Shown here one piece after another: positions 52,466 to 64,000 of a DNA stretch of 64,000 nt. Below the pieces are notes generated by a model, which saw nothing but the letters and a program-made list of their open reading frames with translations, was not told the origin of the DNA and searched no databases. This DNA comes from the human T2T-CHM13v2.0 reference genome, Homo sapiens. Made by a program: the position numbers and the translations under genes. Every line of letters begins with the position of its first letter. Within the stretch, counting starts at the first letter, position 1. Where the stretch lies: NCBI RefSeq assembly GCF_009914755.1, contig NC_060930.1. One strand, given 5' to 3'.

Positions 52466-54981
52466 CTTAGATGACATCAATGAGGACTAAAAATTAGGGT
52501 ATTTATAAAACATAAATGTATTATCCCTGAGAAGACTTTGGTTGTTATTTTGTTACTCTTGTGTATACAATTCAAGAAAAAATACATAAAATCTGTCAAA
52601 ATTTAGTCCAAATGGACTCTTCTACAAGTATTCTTAGTAAGGAAGACTGTTTTTCCTATATTAAAAATATCCTTCTATGTCCACAAATAACCATTCTATT
52701 TCAGTCTTAAAATGTTTCTGAATTGCAACAAATCTATGAATATTTTTAAGAGTGCTCTTAATAAATATAGAAGAGAAAAATGTTGTCAGTCATCTCTTTG
52801 AGTAAGATTTAGAGTTTTTGTTTCCTCATAAAAAATTGTTCATTTTGAATATTTTCCTTAGGGATGCAAAATATTAAATCAAAGTGATTCATGTATCTCC
52901 ATTTACCAATATATGCATTCATATATATGTATATATTATTAACACTTGACAAATCAATTTTTTCATTAACTTAACATGTGATTGCCAAAAGAAAATCTAG
53001 ACCTTGAAAAATAAGAGATTTAAATAAACAGATATAAGTAAATAAATGACAAATTGAAATCAACATCCCTAAAAAAAATATGTAAACATATAAATATCCT
53101 TTAAAGTTTAAATTTTAAAAAAATATATTAACATCTTACAGAACATGTTCTCTAGATTTGTAAAAATGTAAACCTTAACATAGGGAAAAAAAGATTACAT
53201 TTAAAATCTGGGGTCTCAAACATATATTTCAAATGGATGACACGATATATTTTTTACTGCAAAATAAAACTATACCCAAGAGTATATACGTGTACTTTCT
53301 GATGTAGAAACTCCTTGGTGGTATTTTGATGTAAAAGTGTCTGGCATTATTAATAAATTAACTGAATAATGTGTAAATCAGAATTAGAATTGTGATTGTA
53401 ATTTTTTAATATTAATAGTTTCAATTCAGTATCACAAAATCCATATGGCAATAGAAACAGCATTTGCCTAATCAAATTCATTTAGGAAATTTTAAGAAAA
53501 AAGGACATATTAAAGGATTTTCTATGAATTACCAACAGAAATGGAAGATAAATGACAATAGAATTTTAGAAAATTCCATTATAAATATTGTTGAATTTTT
53601 TTAAGCCATAAATAGGAGATAAAGAACATGATTAAATTTCACAGGAGGAAGTAAGAAATCCACTTAGCCTGTTGCTAATCTCTTAAAATTCTTTCAGTGA
53701 ACACTGATAAAGATATAAAATCTGGGATTATCTGATATTCTTTCTTCTACTCTTCTTAATTCTTCCCACTGATTTAAGCCCTACAAGCATTGGAATGCCT
53801 AGAAACAAAGCTAGAGAATAATTACATTACAGTTCATGTAACCCTGAACACCTTTGACATTAAAAAGCAATACCACTTGTTGTCATAACATACTCTCGAG
53901 TTGCCACATGGAAGCAAACTATTCCTAATAAATATACTAATACAGAATTTAAAAGAGAAAGTAATCCACTTGAAACACCAGTGATTCTGCAAATGCAGGG
54001 TTAGAGTAAATTAAATACTTTTTAAAATAAGGTCAGTTACATATACTTTTTGGGCATTTACATATACTTTTTAGTACTTAATGAAAGAAATTAGTGGAAA
54101 TTGATCTGAATCTTTAATTTGTTCAAAATGTCTTTTATCTAGCAAAAAAATCCGAACTTATGATTTTTTATTTTTTGACAAATACTGCTAGATATTTTTC
54201 CTTATACATATGAAAATATGCATGTGTGTGTCATGTGTGTATATATATATATATAGTAGCAAAGTGTTTATTAAATGTGCATTATTTGCCTACTTATAGT
54301 CTTTGTATTATTTCATCATCATAAAAGTTACAGGCTTTAAAAGAGGGCCACAATCCAATAAGCTATCAATTGAAATATACTAGAATTCAAAGTATGCAAA
54401 GTCTTGTCAATAGAATTACTCATACAAAACTCTTCTTTACCTATAACATGTTTATCTGTTTCCCAAAAATCAATGTTTAAAAAATATATCATTTTTCTCT
54501 AACATGCCTCTTTTCAATATGTGTGATTCTTCAAAACTATTTTTTTCTTTTCACATGACCTTTATATATAAGCATATATTTTCTAGAGAATTAAGTCATA
54601 TACAAAAAAGACACGTAACTTTTTTTCTGTGTCAGTCAATTTGGCCTCCTTTTTATGAAATCCATACATTTGTTATGAGCCTTAGCCTCAAATATCAGCT
54701 GAAAAGGTAAGAAGGGGAAATATTAGTTATATATTTCTAATAGGAAGGAAAACATTGTAATTGGTCCTAAAATAAATTCGTAACTTCCAAATCTATATAT
54801 AATTTTTAGCTGAAACTGTATAATTTGGAAATAAACTACAGAAAGCTTCCAGGTAGCTCTATTAGAAGCAATCGAGTTAATTTTTTATAATCAGTCAATT
54901 TGAAAAAGATGCAAGTAAAAGAGAAGGATTTCTAACAATAGCTTCCTTGTCTCTTGAAAGCTCTTGCTTTGATTTCTCCAG

Positions 54982-55062
54982 ATGACAAAAGATCTTCTTT
55001 AGAATGTAATACGAATGACAGAGATGATTGATAGAGTTGGGCGGGAGGGGCAGTTTACAGAG
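54982..55062 (+). other. Candidate 81-nt non-coding exon
   Basis: Acceptor CTCTTGCTTTGATTTCTCCAG| and donor GAG|GTAAGC. Stops in all three frames. Confidence 0.25.
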
Positions 55063-55255
55063 GTAAGCCATTGGAAACACCAAATGGGTACGTGTGCTGG
55101 TATGCTTTATTTTTGTTGTTGTTACCATTGTTGTTTTTCTTTTTCCTGCTTGTCTTCCTGTTCACTACAATTAATAAGGAATTTTTTACTTTGTGACTTC
55201 TGGTTCTGGCTATCTGCTCTTGTATCACAGACAACTAACATGAATTTTTTTTCAG

Positions 55256-55312
55256 TTGCAGTGCAATAAATTATTATTGTAAATGTTCTCCCCACACCTC
55301 TTTTGCTCCAAG
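55256..55312 (+). other. Candidate 57-nt exon
   Basis: Branch point ACTAAC at 55234-55239, T-tract then CAG| acceptor, and AAG|GTAAGA donor. Confidence 0.25.
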
Positions 55313-56673
55313 GTAAGATGCTTTTTCCTATATATATTGTTTGCTGGATGATTTGTTTCCTTACTACCAATCAAACTGTAGATAATAACCTTCATCTCCA
55401 AGTTACTATTGAAAAACAACTATTTTTCTGGAAACATGCTCTTTCAACAACTTTTAAAATTGTTCTTTCAGGCAATGTCCTAGTGAAAAATACAAATTAA
55501 AGAATGTTTAATACTTTTGACATGATTCTTTTGTCGTATTTGCTTAGATATTTTCACATGCAAGGAAAAAAAAAAAAAGCAAAACACCAAGATAATTTGT
55601 CTTGTCCAGAAAAAACTCTACTGGCAGCACAGTGCCCCCTAAAGTTATTCTTGAGAGAAAATGCCACAATTTCTCAACTCAATTACTCTATAAAATATCA
55701 CTACATGACTTCCTTTTACCAAATAAATAAATCTCCCATAAAATAGCACAATTCATTAAAATACTATAGAAAAGTTTTGTTTTATTTCAATAATAAATTT
55801 AATTACAAATGAAAAGTGTCACTTTATTGTGAGTTTCTATTCTATGCTATTTTAAATAACAGTAACAAAGTAATTAATAAAGACAGTTAAATATTCTGGT
55901 TACAAAATATACTGTGACAATAACATTTTTGATAATTTTATTTTCTGACTGGAATATATTTGCTGAAAGAGGACAGATAATTTCCAAAATGTATTATTAG
56001 ATCTAGTAAAATATAAAACAATGTCTGTGTTTCAGATAAATAATTTGAATGACAACAAATATGGAGAAAGTATTCAAAGAGAATGGGGGCAAAATTTATT
56101 GGTAAGGTATAGCTTTATTACTATATTTGATATATTAATAAATTTCACTTTAAAGTGCTCTATATAAGTAAAATGTTACACTGATGTTATGAAAGTGAAA
56201 ATAAGCACAGCTTGAAAAATCAAAACAAGCCAGCCATAGCATTTGTGTCTTTCTTATAAACCTGCTTTCTTTATAAAACAAAGTTGCTTTCCAATATCCC
56301 ATCTTTTAAAGCAAACAATTAATTTTATATCAATTCCCAAATATATTACAAAATAACAAGCTATTTGAAAGGTGTTATGACATACTGTTTATATATATTT
56401 ATCTTTCATAAAATGTAAGTTTTAAAGTCCAACTTTTCTTACTGATTTTCATAGAGCCTTAGTCACAATCTTGATGCTGGATACTCAGATGCAAATAGAA
56501 TTTGCACCTGTTATTATTTGGCCCATTCCACTGAGTATACCTCTTTTGTTAGGATTTAAAGTTATCAAGATTGGAGGGATGAAATTGCAAAATGGTCACC
56601 TTTAATTACAGTTTTAATGTTTCCTGAGGGTTAAAAATTTCTTCAATGACCATCACGGTAGACTAAATCAAAC

Positions 56674-56705
56674 ATTTATTTATTTATTTATTTATTTATT
56701 TATTT
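56674..56705. repeat. (ATTT)8 microsatellite
   Basis: Directly visible. Confidence 0.95.
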
Positions 56706-57139
56706 GCCATGGCTGCAACATTTGCTTGTGGTCAATGTTCAAAGACAAAGCATCACAAAACAATAAGAAATTATATACAGGAGAAAATAAGGAATACCCC
56801 CAAGTCATGAGTCATTTTCCACACTGTCATTACTTATTATCAGTGAGTGTGAGTGTTATTAATTCCTACACTGTGCAGTGCTTCGGTCAATTTATAACCT
56901 GTGGAAATAGACAAAGTTGTGATTTGAAGCGTAACAACTTTTGCATATGTAACATGCATTGTTTTCTAGGCCAAAAAATCACCAAAATCCAATGAATTTA
57001 GGGAAACCTACTGCATTTCAACTGAATGGTTCCCGGATTAGTTCATCCCTGTACCTTAGTACTCAAAATTCTTTCTGAATCTTGGAAATAAAAAGAAAAC
57101 ATTACTTGGGTGAACGCGTAGTATCACTGTGGTTTAATG

Positions 57140-57332
57140 TACTGCTTTGTTTAATGCTCACAATAACTTTGTGAAGATGTATTCTTATCCTTAGTTTTTG
57201 ACTGTATGAGCAATCTGAGGCTCAGGTTGTTTCTCTAAGTTTCCCAATGTCAGGGTGCTAATAAATAGCAAAGGTAGAACTGAAATTGTTTTTTCTTACT
57301 TCAAAAATGATGTTATTTTCATTTCAGCACAG
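57140..57332 (-). mobile_element. MIR SINE
   Basis: TTTAATGCTCACAATAAC..GTGAAG..TTATCC..ATGAGCAATCTGAGGCTCAG resembles the antisense MIR core. Confidence 0.7.
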
Positions 57333-57989
57333 AGGCCAATGGATAGCTGGAAATGGTTCAGAACTATATAAGCCTGTTGCCACTAAATTGGAGGTGGACA
57401 TTTGCCCACAATATCAAACCATTTGTATGGTGATGCTTTATGAATACACCTACTTTGTTTTGGAAGTTACGTATAAATGTATATCTAGATGTCTATGTAT
57501 CTATCTATTATCTATTTTAATATAAAATTTCTAACACTAACTCTTGATTCTTCTAAATCTATTTAACTTTACTACCAAAATTCATATTTTTAATTTATAG
57601 ATTCTTAATATTTTAATTTGCAATAAAGCAGATAAAAGTAGCTGAACTTTTTCAAAATAATGTATTCCTACTGCTGTCCTGAAACATACATTCCTGTTCA
57701 TCATAGACATTGTGTTAAACATTGTCAACTTACAAGTGGAAATAAACTTTTTGTTATTTCTAATTTCTATTATCTTGAAATGTGTTAATCACTTTATTTT
57801 TGTAAGTGTATATCTCTAAGCTCCTAAAAACTTAGTGACATACAAATTTATTATAATATTTCCAACCTCAAATATTTTCTTTTATGTCTATAAAATAAAT
57901 ATATCCCTAGTTGACAGGACAGTATTTCTCAAAATAGAAAAAATGTTTAAACAATTACATCTGTGCTTTTTGATAAAACTCTGCTACAG

Positions 57990-57991
<2 letters not shown>

Positions 57992-58035
<44 letters not shown>

Positions 58036-58078
58036 CTCTCTCTCTGTCTCTCTCGCTGTCTCTCTCTCTATATATATG
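57992..58078. repeat. Compound (AT)~21 / (CT)n microsatellite
   Basis: Directly visible. Confidence 0.95.
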
Positions 58079-61000
58079 TATCCAAAAGAATACCACGTAG
58101 AGAAACATAAGTGTGTAATGCTCAATTTTATAAAATATGATCACTTTTTAAATGCATGCCGTTATGTAACAGTAGAGATAGTTGCCAAATGTAAACCCTA
58201 AAATGACACAATTGATCCAAATGATCTCTTTGACAATGCCAAAGGTGCATAAATAATTTGCCTGACCAGAAATGCATTCAAGTGGGATCTTCATTATTTA
58301 ATCAGAGTGAATGAGTTTGATTGAAGAAAAGTAAATTTCCAAAACAATGTATTCATTTTTTTTCATTAAAAAGTCACCCAGAATTACAGAAAACCTTCTT
58401 AACATTAATATGGTCATTGAAGGGAAAAAGTAGCTAACAAAAAATCATGACTTTTCTCACTACTTCTAATGGTTAATGCCACTTTTCTTCTGTGCTTCCG
58501 GTCTTCTGAAGGAAGCCTCGTGGCTGGCACAACCTTGCTGATTTCATTTTCCTTTCTCAGCCTGTTTTCTGATAGCCCTGCATCCAGCCCACACAGGGAT
58601 GCAGTGTCCGCCCTCTAGCCCACATTTCTTTTTCCCCCTCTCAGATCTTTGATCTCTGGATTATTTACAGTTGATGATTTCTTTCATGTTCAAAATAATT
58701 CTTCTGATCAGAGTGATTATAAACTAGCCATATTTTTTCAGTATCTTCCTTTTAATGAATATGTATATGTTTTTCATTAAGTGTTGCTAGTTTCAAAGAG
58801 AGTATTTCCCAGGAGGTATATTGGAAATAATCTTTCCAACAGAATGTAAGAAGACAGAATGAGTTTTAGAGATTGCAAAGAGCTGTGAAGAAAGACATCA
58901 GTAAAAGAAGCTTCTATCTTGAGAGCTGATTTGGAAAGCACTGTTAAATGTAAATTAAATAAGTATAATACATGCACAACAAGTTAATCAACCTGTGGTA
59001 GTAAACTGCTGTAGCAAGTAGCCTTGGTAGACCCTATAAATGAATCTTCTTTTGGCTATCCTAGTCTACTATTTTCTTTCAGCAGAAAATGAAATGCATA
59101 CCTATATACATGCTAAAAATCACAGATGCTTCCAAGTATTGTAATTGAAATTTTTTTCTTCTTTGTTAGAAAATATACACATGCGCATGAATACACACAC
59201 GGGGAAATCTCTGGCAAATAAAAATCCATCAGTCTTCTCATGCAAATATCAGAGATTTTAGATATCATTCTTCCTTCAAAGAAGACGAATCTTTTTTTTT
59301 CTCAAAAATTTTGGCCGTACAGGAAGTACATTTAAGGAAAAAATACAGTGGCCTAAAAAATAATATTAAAGCATATATATCATTTATCAAACATCATGTG
59401 AGAAGGCTTATCAACTTTCAATTTCAAAGGAGAAAACACTATTATTGTCTTGTGATATCTGTTGAATGTTCCCTGAAGAAATCCCATTTATGATACACTA
59501 ACTTATTGTGCATTACTGAAACATACCATTTTAGGTTTTTTCTGTTTTTATATACAAAACCTTTAGATTTTTTTAGTCCTTTTGAAAACATGCAATGCTT
59601 TGATTGAACAAGTTGAAATATTAATATGGAAGATGAGATTTCCTTACTTCAAAAGTTGAAGGATAATGTTTTTGAAATACGTTTCTTGATTTTTTCAACC
59701 CACAATTTAAGTCACTAATACATTTTGTCAAAGCATTACCAAGCAAATGCATGAAAACTTCATCCAAACTGTGAAGATAGGAGGAAAATTCAATTTTTGC
59801 ATGAAGTATTTGGATAAATGCTGGAAAACTTAATGTGGGTAAAGACCTTTGTATTTTATACAGATGAAGAAAATATTTGCAAAGAACACATTATATTTTT
59901 AAGCTCAAGGAAATAAATCTAATAAAATATTAATTACTCAGTCTTTTATATTTCCTTTAAATTATGAAATTACAAAATCAGCATTACCTAATTAAGGTCT
60001 ATCTGTCAATTAATCACTTAGAGTAATTACTTGTCACTATGCTGAATTATGAATATCTTAGTGAAAGGACATTCTTTGAAATTTAGGATTTAAAAATACA
60101 TCTTTTAATCATTTCACATTGTTCAGGCACACATCTAGGAGTCCTGTGCTGAACAGTTCTGTGGTTGGTGGGTCGATGAACTCCATGGGCACTGTACCTG
60201 AGGTACACATGATAAAGTACTCATACACCATCAGGTGATCGGCCAATGGCAATATGATTCATTGTTAATTTTTCACCTTGGTCAGACACCTTTAAAATTA
60301 GTGAAATCCTCTTTTATAATTAGTTTCTATGAATAGTAACTCTCTATTAGAGAACAGTTTTCCCTTGAAATATTACTTCACATTCATTAAAAAGCATTCT
60401 CCTATCCTTTCAAAGTCTAATACCTAGAACTACATTTGTTAAAAAGGAGTTTCTTTCATAATAGATATTTTCTGAATCTTTTTCCACTGCAAAGCAAATG
60501 CTGAACATTAAAGTTTGGTCTTCAGTGATTTATTTTCTATTTAAGTGAGTGCGTATAAATTATACATGCATAATTTTTGTATGTATAATAATTTCTTTTG
60601 CTAACTATTGCCCTTTTGTTGACATTTATTGTATTTAATCAACAATAAATAGTCAGTCTTTTATGACATTAATTTATTGTATAAAGAAATTACCTATAAA
60701 GTCATGCGGACAAGAAATAAAGTTAACATTGGTTATCTTTCCCTTTAAATTGTATTAGAATGTATGCTTTTTATTTATGGTACGCAAATTTAACTAGGTT
60801 ATATAACTATTTTATTGAGAAGGGTTTTTTGTTTGCTTGTTTTTTGAAATTAGCAATTTTCCCCTTTGATTATAAAAATGTAATAATAATAAGAACATTT
60901 TGAAAAATAGGTAAGAATTTAAGCCCATCAACATAAAAGGTATTTTGTACATATACAGGTAGTTAAATGAGACAGATTTTTATAATCATACTGTCCAATT

Positions 61001-63039
61001 TTGTCTTCTGCCTTTTTATTATTTCATATATATTTTTATGTTTTATGATTGATGTTATTTTAATTTTAATAGTTGCCAACTATTTCACAAGATTAAAGCA
61101 TTATAATCTAGTTTTCCATTTGTTTTTGGATAGCTAGGTTGTCTACATTTATTTAGTTATAACATCAGTGTTTTCATCATTCCATTATATCGATGAAGTA
61201 AATTCATGCAAGTATCTTTTGCCTCTCAAAAAAAATATGTATTTCTCTGGAATAACCTCCACAGAGTGTTATGCTTAGTTAATGAATATGATCATTGAAA
61301 AGGTTTTCGGTATATCAATTCAAGCAATAAATAATCTATTTTCTCAAATTGGGTAGTTTGCTGGCTTTTAATATTTTGTTAGTTGTTTTGGTAATTTAGT
61401 AGTTTTAAGATTGTATCTCAAAACTGTTTAATATTTATATCCTTAATTACTGTCAATAGTAATCTTATTGGTAGCTGTTAGTTACCATTTACAATTCTAT
61501 CTCTATTGTGTATGTTTTTGCTCATTTACATAATGAGATAAATATTTTATATGTATTAAAATAATCATTCCTACTAATTATGAAAATATATTCCCATACT
61601 ATTAATTTTCTGTTTAATAAATTATCTTTCATATACACATCTGAAATATAATCATGTCAGTGCTTTTCTCTGATATTTTTCAATCTCTGTAAAGTTTCAA
61701 ATGTTATTTCTTATGAAATAGTAAATACTATATTTTCCTTAGACTAGATTTTTTTGGATATTGCTATGTGGATTTTATTAATTCATTTTGATTCTATATT
61801 AATAATTATGAATGTATTTTAACTGTTTTTAGGCAGATAACATCATATTACATATTCACAAGAGTATTATTTCATTGAACTGAACATCTGATTTTGATTT
61901 TACTCTTCCTAAGCTGTTAAAATTAAGTATCCCTTTTTCTCTCCAGAACATGTTTTTCTTTTATACCAACCCAGAGACTAATTAACACTGAAAAAAGATT
62001 TTAAATTTTTAAATTAAATAGAATAACAAAATATAACTTAAATAGATGACTCTTGTATTTATATTCTACAGCTATTTACTCTAGCATTGCTAGAATAATG
62101 TAAATATATATAATTATGTGTCAAACTTGATTTAGGTAACATCAGCTAATAATTGAATATGTCTTAAGTCTGTCATCTTCTAAAGCTGATTTACCAACTT
62201 TTATCTAGGAATGTCTTTGCCTAGGATTTTGAATATTTTCAACTTACAAAGTCATTTATTATATATAAGGATAATTATTTTCTCAAATACAGATTTTGTG
62301 TATATTTCTCAATTATAATAATCTAAATAGTTATATACATAATATGTAGTTTTATATAACTGTATATTTAGTTATATACTATGTCTACTAATGATATATA
62401 AAATATATTTCAAATTCTTAATATTTGTTTTGTTTTACATTTTTACTTAACAGCATAAGTTGCTTTTTATAATGTCAAAATAATTCAATGTTTGTAAAGT
62501 ATAAAATGTCATGGATATTAAAGCTACTGTAGGACAAAAAAGCCCTCAAATTTTATATGTTGATGATATTTTTATTTTTATTCCTGTAAACAGCCCATTA
62601 ATTTTTTTCAGTACTTTATTCTTTACTGTCAATACAGAGTTTAGACTTGAGATTTGGGGAGTTCATTTACATAAATTGTACTTTGTAATTTTTAAGTTGG
62701 ATTTTAGAATCCTTGATTGTAGAAAGATAATATTCTCTGCACCTGTGCAATAGAGGGGAATAGAGTAAATCAGAAAATTAAAAGGCAAGCATAAATTAAT
62801 ATGCAAGCTTTTGAAAGGTGATATGGAGTGCTCTTCTTAGGATTAGTGGTTATACTATGGAGAAGCAAAAGACTATTGAGAAAATATCCATATTACTCTA
62901 ATAACATCATGTGTCACTGAGTTCTTTTGCCACCTTCCTGTCTTACACTACACCCTAGAAATGAGTGTATTGGGCTTGCCTTCCAGTTTTCTGTATCTCT
63001 AAGGAGGGGTTTGGTATAAAACCAGATGGCTAAAAGCTT

Positions 63040-63200
63040 TACTGCCAAAGCCAGACTCTGATCAGACACACCTAGGAAACCAAAATTGCCCACAACCACC
63101 CCACACCTATTAAATCAGGAACTTCCATTTGGAGATGGGCATTTGTTGTTCTGAAAGTATTCTTGGTGATATTTATGATCAGCCTGACTGAAGATCACTA
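63040..63200. mobile_element. MER5-like MITE remnant
   Basis: CCACCCCACACCTATTAAATCAG..GGGCATTTG..GGTGATATTTATGATCAGCC. Confidence 0.5.
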
Positions 63201-63359
63201 TTGGGAAAAAAGTATTAGTCATTTCTATTTTTAAATGCTTAAGCACATAGAGCCATGAAGGGAAATAATCAGCCCATTACCTTATTAATCAATTAATATT
63301 ATTTATTGCATGCATCTTATTTATAAGTAATGTGCTTGAATGGAGAATTGGTTAAGCAT

Positions 63360-63630
63360 AAAGAAAAGAAAATGGACAATGTAACTCTTGGTCCCAGATT
63401 CCGTAATGTACATGAGAGATAAACATGACATTTAAGTGGTAAAATCATGAGAGGCAAGAAAGGCTAAAATTAAATTCGTGGCATACACATACATACACAC
63501 ACAAGCACAAGTCAAACAGAAACTTGATAAAATCAGTGGATTGTATCAATGTCAGTTCCTTGTATAAACTCTCTGTATTATTTGTTACAATTGCATGTGA
63601 TGTACAAATTATAAAAGTTTTAATTAAAGT
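63360..63630 (+). mobile_element. L1MC/L1MD-like 3' end fragment
   Basis: ATCAGTGGATTGTATCAATGTCA..CTCTCTGTATTATTTGTTACAATTGCATGTGA..TTTAATTAAA. Confidence 0.6.
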
Positions 63631-64000
63631 TTGTTAATAATTGGTTTGGACATATATCATCAGAGGAGAATATGATTACTTCTAAATAATGTGTTCACAG
63701 AAACCATCCATGAGAACCTGGTAGTTTAGCTAGACTTTTCCAAATGAGCACTATTAGAGGGGAAGAAGTAAGATATTCTAGTCAGAAAGCAGGAAAAGCA
63801 GTCAGTGAGAAATGAGGTCAGTTTGGAGCAAAGAGAGAAGTCAAATTAGGTTGGAGCCTGGGTTCAGATATAAGAACAGTGTGTTTTAAGGCTATAAAAG
63901 AATGTCAAAGTCAGAAGTCACAAGTCAGAGTCAGAAGGCATCCAGGTGAGTTTAGATTTCATTACGTATGTGATGTGGAGCCAGTCATATTCAGCTAAAA

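Noticed and set aside
57835-58144. ORFs with IYIYIY runs
   Set aside because: Translation of the (AT)n microsatellite.
58605-58625. GCCCTCTAG as a CTCF site
   Set aside because: The conserved CC positions of the core are mismatched.

Overview
This is AT-rich, CpG-poor primate (human-like) non-coding DNA, from either a long intron or a gene desert. I recognise no cellular protein-coding exon. Every interpretable ORF derives from transposons or is noise. The first ~27 kb is almost all transposon sequence: an L1PB with a nested AluY, a full-length HSMAR2 mariner, an Alu inside an Alu, an RTE/L4-like RT fossil, a full-length ~7.6 kb L1MA with target-site duplications (TSDs), and an old L1M carrying MER1B>THE1, an ERV1 solo LTR and an L1PB. 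The last ~37 kb is mostly unique sequence with scattered old elements. It contains enhancer-like blocks (~28.5-29.0 kb and ~38.3-38.6 kb), a 108-bp twin-primed L1PA inserted at a palindrome, a tailless 5S rRNA retrofragment, and several + strand splice-signal candidates. I found no convincing new biological system. Subfamily names are from recalled consensus sequences and need RepeatMasker/Dfam confirmation.
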